Source of the DNA: Lama glama
Lineage: Eukaryota
Reading direction: 5' to 3'
Length of the DNA: 64,000 nt
Assembly (NCBI GenBank): GCA_028534125.1
Contig: CM052821.1
Location: 17,360,001 to 17,424,000 of the forward strand
Below the pieces are notes generated by a model that saw only the letters and a list, made by a program, of their open reading frames with translations, was not told the DNA's origin and did no database searches. The position numbers and the translations under genes were made by a program. This document shows, in pieces, positions 1 to 12,183 of the stretch (position 1 is its first letter; every line of letters begins with the position of its first letter).

Positions 1-377
1 CTCCCAGGATTGAGTGTCCTTACTGAGCATAGGCGAGAGTAAACAATTATCTAGAAGCCAAAATTTGTATTGGTCAAAGGAGCAGACTGAAATAAGTTCG
101 ATATTATCTAAGAATAGCTTGCTGAGGTCAATCGGGGTGAAAGAGGTAATTCCTACTGGAAGGGAGACAGAATCTTGGCAACATCCATCATGCTGGAGAG
201 TGTGGCAACAGAGCAGCATGGCACCTTTTAACATTTGTTTTTAAAGAAACGTTTCCTAAGACTACCTCTTTCATTTAAGCCCCCAGGAAGCATCCTGGGA
301 CTTTTATAAACACCTCCGTATCAGAGAATGGACATCGACTCTCTTGATGTGATTTACTTAAGGTCAATTTTTTTGGT

Positions 378-380
<3 letters not shown>

Positions 381-418
<38 letters not shown>
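381..418. repeat. (CA)19 microsatellite
   Basis: Perfect CA run. Confidence 0.98.
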
Positions 419-423
<5 letters not shown>

Positions 424-431
424 ATATACAT

Positions 432-462
432 ATTATTGAAGTATAGTCAGTTTACAGTGTTG
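432..462 (-). mobile_element. Tiny L1 3'-tail remnant adjoining the (CA)n repeat
   Basis: ttattgaagtatagtcagtttacagtgttg is the reverse complement of the L1 terminus. Confidence 0.55.
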
Positions 463-3400
463 CACAAAGTCAAGTCTTGGTTCAAACTTTGAAAACAGAA
501 ATGGAGGGAAGACACTGAATGACTCAGTGGCTGACGGCTCCATAGTGGGATATTGAAGGACAAGACTGTCTGGGGTACATTTTTAATCCTGGTGCAGAAA
601 GCCATGGAGAGCTATGGAGTCTCTGTGGTATTTTCTCACGTGTCCATTAATGGACATTTGTAGATATATCACAAGAATCTCATGATTATAAAGGATGATC
701 TAAACACCTCTTTCAGTTTAGAGTCAAGACTTGAGCCCAGAGAGATAAATTTACAGAAGGACATACATCTAGAGTGAGTCTAGACTGAATCTCTTTTATT
801 CCTGTGCTCTTTTCTCCTTATGTTATTTCCTCTTGGACAACAAGGTTTGCTATCAGCCGCACATTTCAGTATCACACAGGCAAGTGACCGGGCACACCAC
901 TCCAGTAAACACCTGGCATCATTTAAGTCAATTACTTTGGAGAAGCCTATGGAAATGAGCAATACTAGTCAGTTCTTTCTGGGTGACTATAAATCTCACC
1001 TCCCTGTCCTACACACAAGTATTTGCCTAAAATAAGGAAATTTAAATTGTACTATGGAACCAATTTATACTTTTAAGCTCACTTTTTTGAAGACAAAAAT
1101 TCAAGATAAATGCCAGTACACTTTACCATTCCTCAGTAAAGGCCTCAAAAGTTTCAGTGAATTATAAGACCTATGTTAATGCTTCTCCTTTGTTTTATCA
1201 GGGAGACATTAACCAGACTGTCAAGTTCCATCTAATTACAGAAGTGAATTAAAAAAATGTCAAATTACAAAGAAAGAATCAATCCGTAGATAATATCTCT
1301 AGAACAGTGCCCAACATACAGTGTGCATTCATGAAATACTTGCTGATAGATGAAATGAACTGTGTTCAACCTTTCAAACTAGAGCATTCATTGTAAATAA
1401 GCCACCAAAACAAAATCAAACATTTGTTAGGAGTTATCCTCCCTCCTCTCGCTGACTGCCTTTTTCTACGTTTACAGCCTGTTCCTTTCAAAGCCACATC
1501 ACCACCCAACAGCTATTAAGAACTGACTTACTGTATGTTAAAAATCTGACTCTTTATAAAAATATTAAAATATTTTTCCCTTAATTTGTATTCAGATGAC
1601 AGACAGAAAGGTTTATTGAACAACCTTTAAAATAATGTCTTTAAACAAAAGAATTCTGAGCTTCATACCAGATTCCCAGTCTTGACTTAGATGGTGGGTC
1701 ATATTAACCAGGGATCCTTACTGAAAGTCACTACAGGGGCAAAGGAGGCATTTAGCTAGTAAGCCGCTGCCCACTGAAGTGAATGCTGCAAGTAATCATT
1801 AAGGGCATCTCAGGGTATCAGAGCTGTCAGCCTTTTAAAATGACATTTTAACAACCAGATACTCACCGTCACACTTGATGGCTGCCCACTGCCATAGAGC
1901 CTGCACAGTGGTCATAACAAAAAAGAGTATAGGTCCCCTTTATGGTGACACGCCACGAGGCTAGGGGAAATGCCCTCCTTGAATGGAGAATCCACACTGA
2001 CAGGCACAGAAAGGGCTTAGTCAAGCATATACTTGAAACAGAAGTGGAACAATGGGGGGGCCATCTGTCCCCCTCATTCCCCATAATTTGGTCAGTCTCC
2101 TTATGTGCCAAACACAGGAGGGGCCAACACAGATCATTTGTTTTGATTACATATTCCAAGTAAAGCTGGTGTTTACAAACTTGGAAAGCAAACAGCAGGC
2201 ACCTAACAGGCAAGGCTTCATTCTGCATCACAACCCAAGCCCATGAAGGAGCTGGGAGACTCCTATTCTGACGAACGGACTCACATCCACTCACGTTCTC
2301 GTAACCATGAATGATTGCCTGGTATCAAATAGCATCCCTGTGTAATCAGGCTGGTCCTTGTCTCTCCACCTCTGCTTCTCCCTTTCCCAGGATCTGGGCT
2401 TCCCAGAGGAACCAGATATGACTATGGTTTCAAGAATCTCTAGCTGTGTTCAGGGCTTTGTTGGAAAAAAAATTTAATTTCCTTTGGCTGAGACTAATCA
2501 GCCTATGCTAAACAATTCCCAGCAACTAATTATGCACAATTGAGGCACCAGCTAAGCCAGCAGATCCCTCAACTTCTTGATTAGGGAAAAAAAGGCATTT
2601 TGTGCAATTAAACATTACAACCATTTCCTAGCAGCGGGAGACAGCCAGTTCATGCCACAACATTCATGCACATCATTACAAAAGCATAAAAAAAATCTAT
2701 TTTTCATGAGTGAACAAAACGAAACCCATTGTGAAGGAAATAATCTGTCCCTTGAATTCAATTACACTCTACAAATTTTAGTGCCTACTACGCACAAACT
2801 AAGACTCAAAGTGGATACAAGATAGGAAGACTTTAAGTGGAATGGTGACTGAGGAATCCTTTTTACTTCCTAGATTGAGACTGGAGCATGTGCTTCATTA
2901 GATGAGGGGGAAAATGAGCATGGGCCGGAGATCCTGCTGGAGGTGGGGCCCAGGAGGAGAAAGCGAGCTCCACTGCAATGAATTTATGCAGAATTCTGCA
3001 AGCAGAAAAGTCAAGAAATAGGTGATTTAAATTTTCAGCTAACCTGGAAGTTTGTGTGGTGTGGGAACATAATCTCTCTAGGTGCTGTGAACATTTTATC
3101 CCAGCCCAGCATGAATGTATTGCAGGTTGGCTGTTTCCCTCTGACATTAGATTTTCAGTTCAGCTGGCTGCCTTGGTGGTTTGAAGGCACACTCTAAAAT
3201 TTAAGCAAGATTTCCTAAAGGATAGCTGTCAAAGGGTTTTGACGATAGAACTTCCTTCTGTTTTTCTCTACTTATTAAAACAATGTATAACTACCAGCAC
3301 AGGGCCCTGTAGTTGTAATTTAAAGAAATGCAAACTCCGTGATACGGCCAAATATTCCTCTGCAATCCAAAAGCGTTCTTAATTCCTGATTAAAGTAACC

Positions 3401-4063
3401 CTGTTTTTCTAGGGCCAAACGAGAAGTCCACCCTTAGCCTTTGCTAGAGTCCAAGGCTTCTGGGTCCTACATAGGTTTCAGCTCTAATGCTTTGGCATGT
3501 TGAGGCTATGACCTGGAGAACTGCTTACAACTGATCATTAAGAATGAATTAATTTCAACTCCTTCCCTGACGGGATACAGTGGTCCACACTGCTAGGTTT
3601 AAACCAGAAGAGAGCCTCCTGACAGCAGCGTGCTGCCCCATTACAGTCTCTTTCCTTTTAAGAGATGATTTTCCCCTCTTCACCCTTCTCCGTTCCCCCC
3701 TCTCTTTTGCTATTTGTTTTGCATCTGCACAGCATCTTTGTCTATCCTTGACTCTGCAGGTTGCCTTACAGTTTTCTAATGCAGACACCAGTGCACTTTA
3801 TATTCTTTAAGGGGACCAGGTCTTCTGCTTTGGAACATTAAAAAAAAAAATCACCCAAAAGGAGCACAACCTCACTTTAAAAACAAATGTACGGTGGTTT
3901 CTTCACAATGACAGAATGTCCTCTAAACTTCTATTACTCACAATCACATCACCATGCCAGGGATTAAATATTACAGCTACGAAGAATGCCAAGCACACAG
4001 TCCATATTGCTGTAAGCCTGTCTCATAAGACCATCTTTCTTCCTCCCTGTTGGATTATCTAAA

Positions 4064-4230
4064 GCCTTGCTGCTCAAAATGAGGTCCACAGATGAGCAGC
4101 ATGGACATTATCGGGGAGATTGTCAGAAATGGAGGCCCTCAGGCCCCACTCCAGACCTGTGCAATCAGAGCCTACATTTAGCAAAATCTCCAGGCGATCT
4201 GTATTCACATCAAAGCTTGGAAAAGACCTG
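4064..4230 (+). mobile_element. MER5A-like hAT-Charlie MITE
   Basis: ctcaaaatgaggtcc...cagcat...gaaatg...ctcaggcccca.ccagacct...aatcaga...cacatcaaagcttgg. Confidence 0.8.
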
Positions 4231-4578
4231 CTCGAATGAATTTGACCAACAGCAACAGCACAGGTAGTGAGCACCCATCTGTCCTGTCATCTGATTGTGT
4301 CAGTGGCAGCCCACAAAGGAGCTGTCTACAATACTATCCCTGGACCTCAAACACTAATAATTATCAAATTGCTTATGGAATGAATTCCTCAAATGGAAAT
4401 AAAACTGTTGCAATGTTATGATTTTGAAGTGAATTCCATCTTCTCCGGATCCTTTAAACCCTTTAACCATTCTAAAGTGGCTGATTTATGGGCAGGTAAC
4501 TGGATCCATTTAAGTTCAGATTACCTGGAGCAGCTGCCTGATTGTAATAATAATCTGTTAGTCAACTTACACTTTAAA

Positions 4579-4696
4579 TATGGAAACGAATATATGTATG
4601 TATATGCATGACTGCGACATTGTGCTGTACACCAGAAATACTGTAACTGACTGTACCACAACCCCACCCAAAACCCCAACCCCCACCCTCACAAAT
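4579..4696 (+). mobile_element. Ultra-short L1 3'-tail insertion with C/A-rich tail
   Basis: Matches the 3' end of the L1 at 53195-53280 (aacgaatatatgtatgtatatgcatgactg...ctgactgtac); TSD ttacactttaaa at 4567-4578 and 4697-4708. Confidence 0.85.
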
Positions 4697-4902
4697 TTAC
4701 ACTTTAAAATGGAGAGAGAAAATAGCATTGAGTTACTACCCTCTATGTACTAAAGAACAACTGAAGATGAAAACTTATGTCCTGACTCACAGTAGGGACA
4801 CAGGGGAAGAATCTTCCATCGTTCTATATCCCCTTGCACTTGTTGCAGACACAAAGTCACTTCCTTGCTCCTGCAAAGTTCTCTGGGAACCAGGAAAGCT
4901 CT

Positions 4903-5074
4903 TCAGCACAGAATCTGATTTGTGATCTTCACTTGTGGATAAATCAGATTGCCCTGGCCCCCAAGCATCTGGTCAATCTTGTGGAAGTGGTCTGTGGTAA
5001 CTGTGCTGGAGCAGGATGCCTGCAGGCCCTTCAGAAGAGTAATATCTTGCGCCAGGTTAATTTGTAAATCCTCT
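4903..5074 (-). pseudogene. Possible C-terminal exon remnant of the LAS2-like gene
   Basis: Acceptor ctcattaatttcag| followed by EDLQINLAQDITLLKGLQ...HFHKIDQML, weakly like LAS2 [34 protein letters not shown]; position is colinear with the other remnants. Confidence 0.3.
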
Positions 5075-7160
5075 CTGAAATTAATGAGCATGAAATTACA
5101 CATTCTCTGCCTCTGGCATTCCTATGGCTCATGTGTCTGGATCACAAATGATAACTCTCAGGTTTTTTCCTAGGATCGTTTCTGGCAAGGACAGACGAGC
5201 AAGAGTCACAGCAATCACAGACCAGCCTCATCGCCAAAGAATCAAAATTTCTACAGGGCGGACTCTATGCCATAAAACTCACTTTCATTATCACATCAGA
5301 CCTCAGTTTAAAACTTTAAAATCTTAAATCCAGGAGAGCATCTACATTTTCCATTTGTAGGGAGGCTTATCTGCCTTAAATCTTTGGTTTGACCATCAGA
5401 TTATGCCAGCTGACATTACATTCTCCATACCTGAACACTATGAAACAGGCAGGATGCGTTCAATAATAATACCAGAATAATCATCTGGTAAAAAATATGA
5501 ATTACTTCAGGGTAGTGAGTATTGGCTATTTAAAACTACAGTTAATTCGTATTTTTAAAGTGCGCTATGTGCATTCATGTAGGTATAAACAGACTAAACT
5601 GTATCTGAGTTTTCTTGGTGCATCTTAAGAATCAATTATTTTATGTAATAGCAACTACACCTGGATGGTAGGATCAATAGACATAAATAAGATATTTGAA
5701 AAAATTCAGGTTCCCCCAATTTTTTGACCAATGAATAATAGAAAATTAAGAAGTTACTTTGATACATATTGATCACAACTTTGACGAAGTAAACTTCGTC
5801 AAAAAAATTTAACATAGTACATAGATTTTCTTGAGATAAGTCATGAAAAAAATGTTAAAAATGTCTTCATTGAAAAGATTGAGAGCTTTTTTTTTTTTTA
5901 AACATTCCAGTAACAATGGTCACAGCTTCAAAGCTGGATCATTTAAATAAGTATATCTCTTGATTACTTGAATCACTTCTTTTTTTGTCCCCTGTCTGGG
6001 ACCTTTTTTACATTTCTAATGTAAACAGAGAAAAAGATAGAGCTTTTTGTAAAATCAAGGTGCTCCAGGAAATCTTCTTTTACATGATATGCAAATGTAC
6101 TTTCTACATTTAGAAAATTTCAGTATGGTAGTTTCTAGAATGCGGTCAAGATTGATGGAAAAATAAGAGGAAGCAAAATGCAATCAGGATGACTTTATTC
6201 TAAGAGGTCTAAATCTTGTGCCAGTGTGTGAATGAATGCTGGGTGTCATTACAAAAAAAGCATGATTCATATGGATATCTGTGGAGTGGAGCATTCCCGT
6301 CTAGGTTTGACAATCACAAAAATAGCCTTTAAAGCTCTCACCTGTTGCTTTGACAATCAGTGACATGATGAAATTTTACAACTAAGGCTACTTTCCAACC
6401 TGGTTCAGTGGCTCAGTATTTCTCCTTCTTTTCTTTCCTTTTTTCCCCTGTTAACCAAGTGTAGTATAAACTGAAACAAATGTCAACTGCTGGCAAATTA
6501 GTAAATAAATAAATGATCAGACAGTCACTACTGCTGACAAATTTCTAATGAAACTGGAAAAAAATATTACCACCTCTGTCCAGACTCAGTTTCCAATAGA
6601 TAAGCTAGAAATCTGTCTCTGTTCCTAGCACCCTGGAGTAATAGAAAAGGCAAAATGAACAGTACACATTTACAACCTTGAGTAATATTTTGGAGGTGGG
6701 AGCACAGACTATTTTCCCCAGGGTCATCGATCTGACTGCAAAACAAGGACCATACCTCTGTCCAGACCCACTGGGTGACTGCCAACTCCCTCCTTCACGG
6801 CTGAAGTGTGCAGTGGCCTTAGAGACAATACTCCAAAGAATGTTTCCAATACGCTGAGCAAAAGCAACGCTTTTTCTGGAAGTCTACGTTTCATAATCAA
6901 AACACTGAAACAAGAGGTGAGACTTTGTGGTAATGGAGAAAACGGATTAAGCCAGAAGTTATCAGAGCACAAAGTAGACTGAAGGAAAAGTAAGACTCAG
7001 GTTGAAGCCCTAGGTTGTACGTAACAGATACAAGTTACAGGAAGGAAAAAAAGCACACGTAAGTCAACTAGAAGACTTTTTTATGTTAATAACATTATAC
7101 AGAATGATAGCTAATACCTATTGAACACTGCGTACCAGCATGTGTCTCAGTCCTTTATAG

Positions 7161-7653
7161 TGTGAACGAAAATACTCCAATGTGAGTGAAAATATTGCAA
7201 ACATATCAGTAAACAAAGAATGCTGAAACCAAGTCTTCAGCGGCTGCTGCCACCCCGCAGTGGGGACAGGCCTGCAGCCCAGCCTCCGCAGCCACTCACA
7301 ATGGTGCACCCTGAGCGGACTCAGAATAAGAAAGGAGAGGATACTGGCCCTAGATAGCGAGGTGCTTGTCAAAGGAATGAATTCAATGAGCCCAAATGTT
7401 TGCTTCCTCCCATACATAGATAAGCACTAAATTTTTAACTTGAGATGCCTGATTCTCTTTAGATAACAAGTAATCTTTTATTGTTTCAACTACCTGGTCT
7501 TTGTTGTAAAGCTCCTATATATCCTGGCTCCTCCCCTACTTCTTCGGAGCAGTCCCTTAGAGCAATCTGAGAGGCTGTCATCCCAGCTCGAGTCCTCCTG
7601 CCAAATAAAACATAACTCTTAAATTTTAGGCTGCACGTTTATTTCAGTCGACA
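7161..7653 (+). mobile_element. ERV1-class solo LTR inserted into a MIR
   Basis: TG...CA termini, 4-bp TSD ATAG (7157-7160 and 7654-7657), TATA-like element at 7516-7521, AATAAA at 7604-7609; the flanks rejoin into a MIR-like sequence. Confidence 0.85.
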
Positions 7654-7829
7654 ATAGGTATAAAATCTTTTTTCTTCTCAACAACTCAAATATTTAAAAT
7701 TGCAAAAAAAACCCATGAATTCATTTTACAAAAGGAGCCCTGGGTTTAAGGAAGAATTGGCCATTGTTGATGCTAAATAGTAGATTCCATGGCGAATTTT
7801 AAATCTCACTACTATTACACCGAAGCTGA

Positions 7830-8035
7830 GAGCAGTGTGCGTGTACCACGTGCCTAGCACTGTGCTCAGTACTTCGTATACACTATCAATACTCACAACG
7901 ATGTAATTGTACAGGTACAATTACACTTCTTAAAATATAAGGATACAGAGGCTTACAGAGATGAAACAATGTGCCTAAATGTTCCCAGGAAGCAAAGTGC
8001 AGATATAAAGCTTTAAGTTACATGCTCTTTACACT
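7830..8035 (-). mobile_element. MIR SINE
   Basis: gtgcctagcactgtgctcagtactt...acagaggcttacagagatgaaacaatgtgcc. Confidence 0.65.
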
Positions 8036-8081
8036 GTGATATAGTACTAACCCAAATTTGATTCACATACTTTTGTATAAC

Positions 8082-8112
8082 TGTGTGTGTGAGTGTGTGT
8101 GTGTGTGTGTGT
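8082..8112. repeat. (TG)n microsatellite
   Basis: TG run with one interruption. Confidence 0.9.
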
Positions 8113-9359
8113 ATAAAGAGAGATACATCTTCATATAGCAGTCACTACTGGATGTGTTCCGGGTGACTATATATCACTGATACAGGCTAAGGACTTGGGG
8201 CTGCATGTGAAGATTTCCTAAAATTTCAGTTAAGAAAATATCATCTCTCCAAGTTTTCAGATCTTACTTCCTCATCATGAATTCGTGGTTTAATTTATGA
8301 TATAGGATTCAAGTTTTTTTCCTGGCATGTAAACACATCACTGGAAAGAATGTCTTTTAGCCAAGCAGCTCCAAGCACTTTAGGAGATGAAATCTGGCTG
8401 AATTTATCTCTCTAACTCCTCCTCTATGCCCACCGTTCTCACTGAGAAAGCATTTACGAACTGGTTCCTACAAATGGTTTATCATCTTAAAATGAATAAA
8501 TAACGGGACCCTCTCTTTTCTCCTTTAGTATTCAAGATAACATGTTCAGAGCCTACTGCTTACAGTATTTCAAATCTTTCATTAGTGTTCATGCAGCTAG
8601 AGTAAGATAAATCTTGGACCAGGTGACAGGGAGCAATGCAGTGAAGAAATGGTCATATAGCTCGGGTGATTGGCAAAGGAGATGACTGAATCTGTCTTTC
8701 CTCTCCCCTGGCTCTCCCAGCGCACTTCCACAGCCAGGCTCCAGAGCAGACAGATGCAGACTCTTTGCTAGACTTAAGAATTTCACAGAGAGCTTTTGGA
8801 AACCAAGTGATTAACACCCATTAGCCATCTCTTTCGGCCCTGGCTCATTTCAGGACTTATCTCTGAGCTCCCTTTTTGATAGTTTTTAGTTTTGAAAATT
8901 CCCAGATTTAAGCCCAATTTCTAAGTATGAGCCAGTGTTGTTACATACCATTTTACAATCAACACCTTTTGGCGCCCAGGGTAGGGGGTGAGAATCACAT
9001 TTGGACACCTTGGGAATAACGTATTTCATACATAAGCCTTGAGTTGTCACATGTTTTGCTTTATTAATTCATTGCTAGGTCAAGCAATAGCAGATGACTG
9101 TTTATCAAACAGATGACACATTTTTAATGCGTGATTAAATCAGGATTTATTGTGGCTATCAGAAGCCAGGGAGTCTGTGATTTTCCTTATTTAAAGCTGC
9201 ACTTTGGATACTCTCTGGTTTTACAGTGAGAGATGGTGATTATACACACAAAACCTTACCAGGATGTTAGACCAGAAATAATTTTTGTATGGAAAACACA
9301 AAGCCCATTTTTAAGACCCTAGGATTTTACTATAATGCAGCTTTCATAGTTTATACTGC

Positions 9360-9500
9360 ACTGACACTTCCTAACTGTGTGACCTTGTCAAGTCACTTCT
9401 CCCTGAGCTTCAGTTTCCTCACCTATAAAATGGAAATGGTGCCTTCTTGATAGAACTGCTGTGAGGATTGAATAAAATAGTGTAAAGAAAGCACCAGGAC
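9360..9500 (+). mobile_element. MIR SINE
   Basis: ctgtgtgaccttgtcaagtcactt...cagtttcctcacctataaaatgg...tgtgaggatt. Confidence 0.8.
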
Positions 9501-9699
9501 TGGATGAGTTCAAGAGGAAGTGGTTGCATCCCTTTATCTGGTGAGTGGGGGAGCTCAGTGAGAGACCAGACTTAACAGGGTTCCCACGGCAATAAATACA
9601 TGCAGCACGACAGCACTCACCACCCTACCTTGTCAACATCAGCCTGCTCATCTCTACACTGTGAACTCCTTTGAGCGGGAATTTACTTCTGTAGTCACA

Positions 9700-9850
9700 G
9701 ATATTATAACCCCCATTTTTACAGATGAGAAAACGGAATCTAAGGGAAGTTAAAAATCTGCCTAAGGGTAAACAGCTAATAAGTGGCAGAGATATGATTC
9801 AAACCCAGGTCTACCTGACAGCAAAGACCATTCTTTTCCCAATATTGCAC
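9700..9850 (-). mobile_element. MIR SINE
   Basis: ccccatttttacagatgagaaaacgga...aagtggcagag...gattcaaacccaggtct. Confidence 0.8.
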
Positions 9851-12019
9851 ACCATCTCAATAAAAAGACTGCATGACGAACAGTTCTTAGTGGAGAGGAA
9901 AGTCTGTTGTCTGACCACTGCAACCCAATCTGAGAGCTGCCCAAACCTATCCTTCCACTTTCTATCAAAGTAAAGACGCAGACACTCAACACATGTCTCT
10001 TTCAATGCTATGGGCTACCATTTGCTGAGTTTTTAGTTGGAGAAATTCATTGATATTAAATGGTCTATTATGACTCAATTTGTCAGTGGCAAAATAAAAA
10101 TTAAAACCCAGGCACCTAGATTTCATAGTCCGAAGATTATCAAATTATCTTCATTGGCTTCTGAGACAAATTATTCAGACATACAATTTCCTAATGAATT
10201 ACTTGCCTGTCTAACTCTCCTTAGGTTATGTCTACTTCATCAACTTCACTACTTTTCCCCATAAATCTTGCCTGCACAAAGATTCAGCTTTTATAGTTAA
10301 TTAGGACAAACAAGGAAAATGCAATTCAACTCCACAAAATGTGAATGTTTAATTCTGAACTGATTTTGTAGCATTATACTCAGTAGGACTCTTCCAATTT
10401 TCCAATTAACGAGTTACTGACATTTACAAACATCTAGAATAAAAGAAACCTTTCCTTCCATCACTGTTTGTCAGTTTCATTACTGAATTTTGGGTCTGCT
10501 TTGGGATACTTCAATCATGAAAGTAATCATGTACAGCTGTGTTGGATTCTATTAGCAATAATACCTTAGAGGAGGTTCATTTATGATAAGTGAAACTTTC
10601 TCTGACTCACTTTCATTTGCCATGTAATTCGCCTCAAGGTATTTTAAAATCACATTGTCAAAGCTTTAGCAGGGTGATCCTAAGCATTTAATTCTGAGCT
10701 ATAGTATATAGTATATTTTGAAACAGAGATTTTTTTATGAAGTCCAATATTGACATGCAAATCACTCAGCATTTTTCATTGTCAGCACTGTTTAAATTTT
10801 CTAGATCAGGGTACATCAGTGCTGTATGAGAAAGACACAAATGTATACACATATGCATATACATACATACATACATACATATATACATGTATTTCATAGA
10901 TTGTAGTCATCCATACATATGTATCTATTTACGATCACACTAGGAATAAGTATACACATGAACAGGAGATCTAAAAGGACCCCTCAACCCCAAGACATCC
11001 ACCCTTTCCTTTTCTGCAGGGCTAACTACAATGGGAGAAAGTTGGAGACCACCATCTTTATCCCAGTGACTTCTTATTTAGCCTGGCAATAGAATGATAA
11101 GGAACTTAGAACTAATGGCAAGACTCAAGATGAAAAAGCTTTTGTAATATTCCAAAAGCTTCAACTTGTAGAAAAGATACGCAAAAGTGTGCTTTAATGT
11201 ATATAATTCATAGACTTTGGAATTCTACATTTAGGATGGCCGTGTGATATCAAAGATGCTTTCGGAGAAACTGTAATTTCACTTGGAGACAGCCTACAAG
11301 TCTGTAATGAAGGTACATAGCTTGTAGAAGAACAGAAGAGCTACACGAGAAATTAGCGTATCTCAGAGGTCCAAAGTGAGTAATTTAAGCACTGCATGGC
11401 AGACATTATAGAAGTGGGCATGGCTACCACCTGACATGTACTATCCACACCTCCACTTAAAGAAGTAGCTTAGAAAGGTTATGCATGTGTGTGTAGATCT
11501 ATTGAACAATTTGGTACTGATTTCAAGTGTAGTCTGCCTTCACGTTTCTCCACGGAACAACTGTAGCCTTTACTGGCTTCCATTTGACTCAAGACAAGCT
11601 TAATAAAACATTTGATACTTACTGTGATAGAAAGAGTAAACAACACATAATGGCTATTCCGGGTACCATAAAGCTCAGATATTTGCTTCTTTGACAATTA
11701 GGAATGTATTGCAAGCGTTTGTGCATTATCTGAAAAATGTCACATTTATGTAAACAGACATAATAAAACTGAAATATGTAGGCACTGCTGGTGCTACTCC
11801 TTGTCGGCATCTTCTCTCTAGGAAACAATGTCAAGGAATACTTTTTAAACTCCAGTTATTCGAGATTTTAGCTAAAAATCTATTAGGTCAAAAAATTCTT
11901 TGTTAAACCAAGTAGAAAACTTTGCCCCCTTTGTTAAATATCTACAAACATAATTGAAAAAAAAAAAAGATGTAAAACTAGTTGGAGAAATACCAGAAAG
12001 CCTCAGGCAACCTGCATAA

Positions 12020-12183
12020 TTAAACCATCTTGTCTCCCATTTCCTTTATCTTGTCTTCTTTTGACCCCAGAATTTCCTTCTTGCTTTGCATATTTTTGTG
12101 TAATTGAGATGAAGTATAAAGCAAAGGCTGAACTGTCATCCGACGAGCCCTCAGGATCATCTCAGCTGTTCTGTGAGTAACAT
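12020..12183 (-). pseudogene. LAS2-like internal exon remnant with premature stop / probable frameshift
   Basis: After acceptor tttggtag| it reads DVTHRTAEMILRARRMTVQPLLYTSSQLHKNMQSKKEILGSKEDKI, versus LAS2 [38 protein letters not shown]. RKWE (LAS2 RSWE) follows in a shifted frame; in-frame TAA at 12020-12022. Confidence 0.55.

Noticed and set aside
10611-10679. 69-nt minus-strand segment with AG and a strong gtgagt donor, reading HPAKALTM*F (cf. LAS2 GPVEALKQMLF)
   Set aside because: Too short and interrupted by stops; similarity is at chance level.
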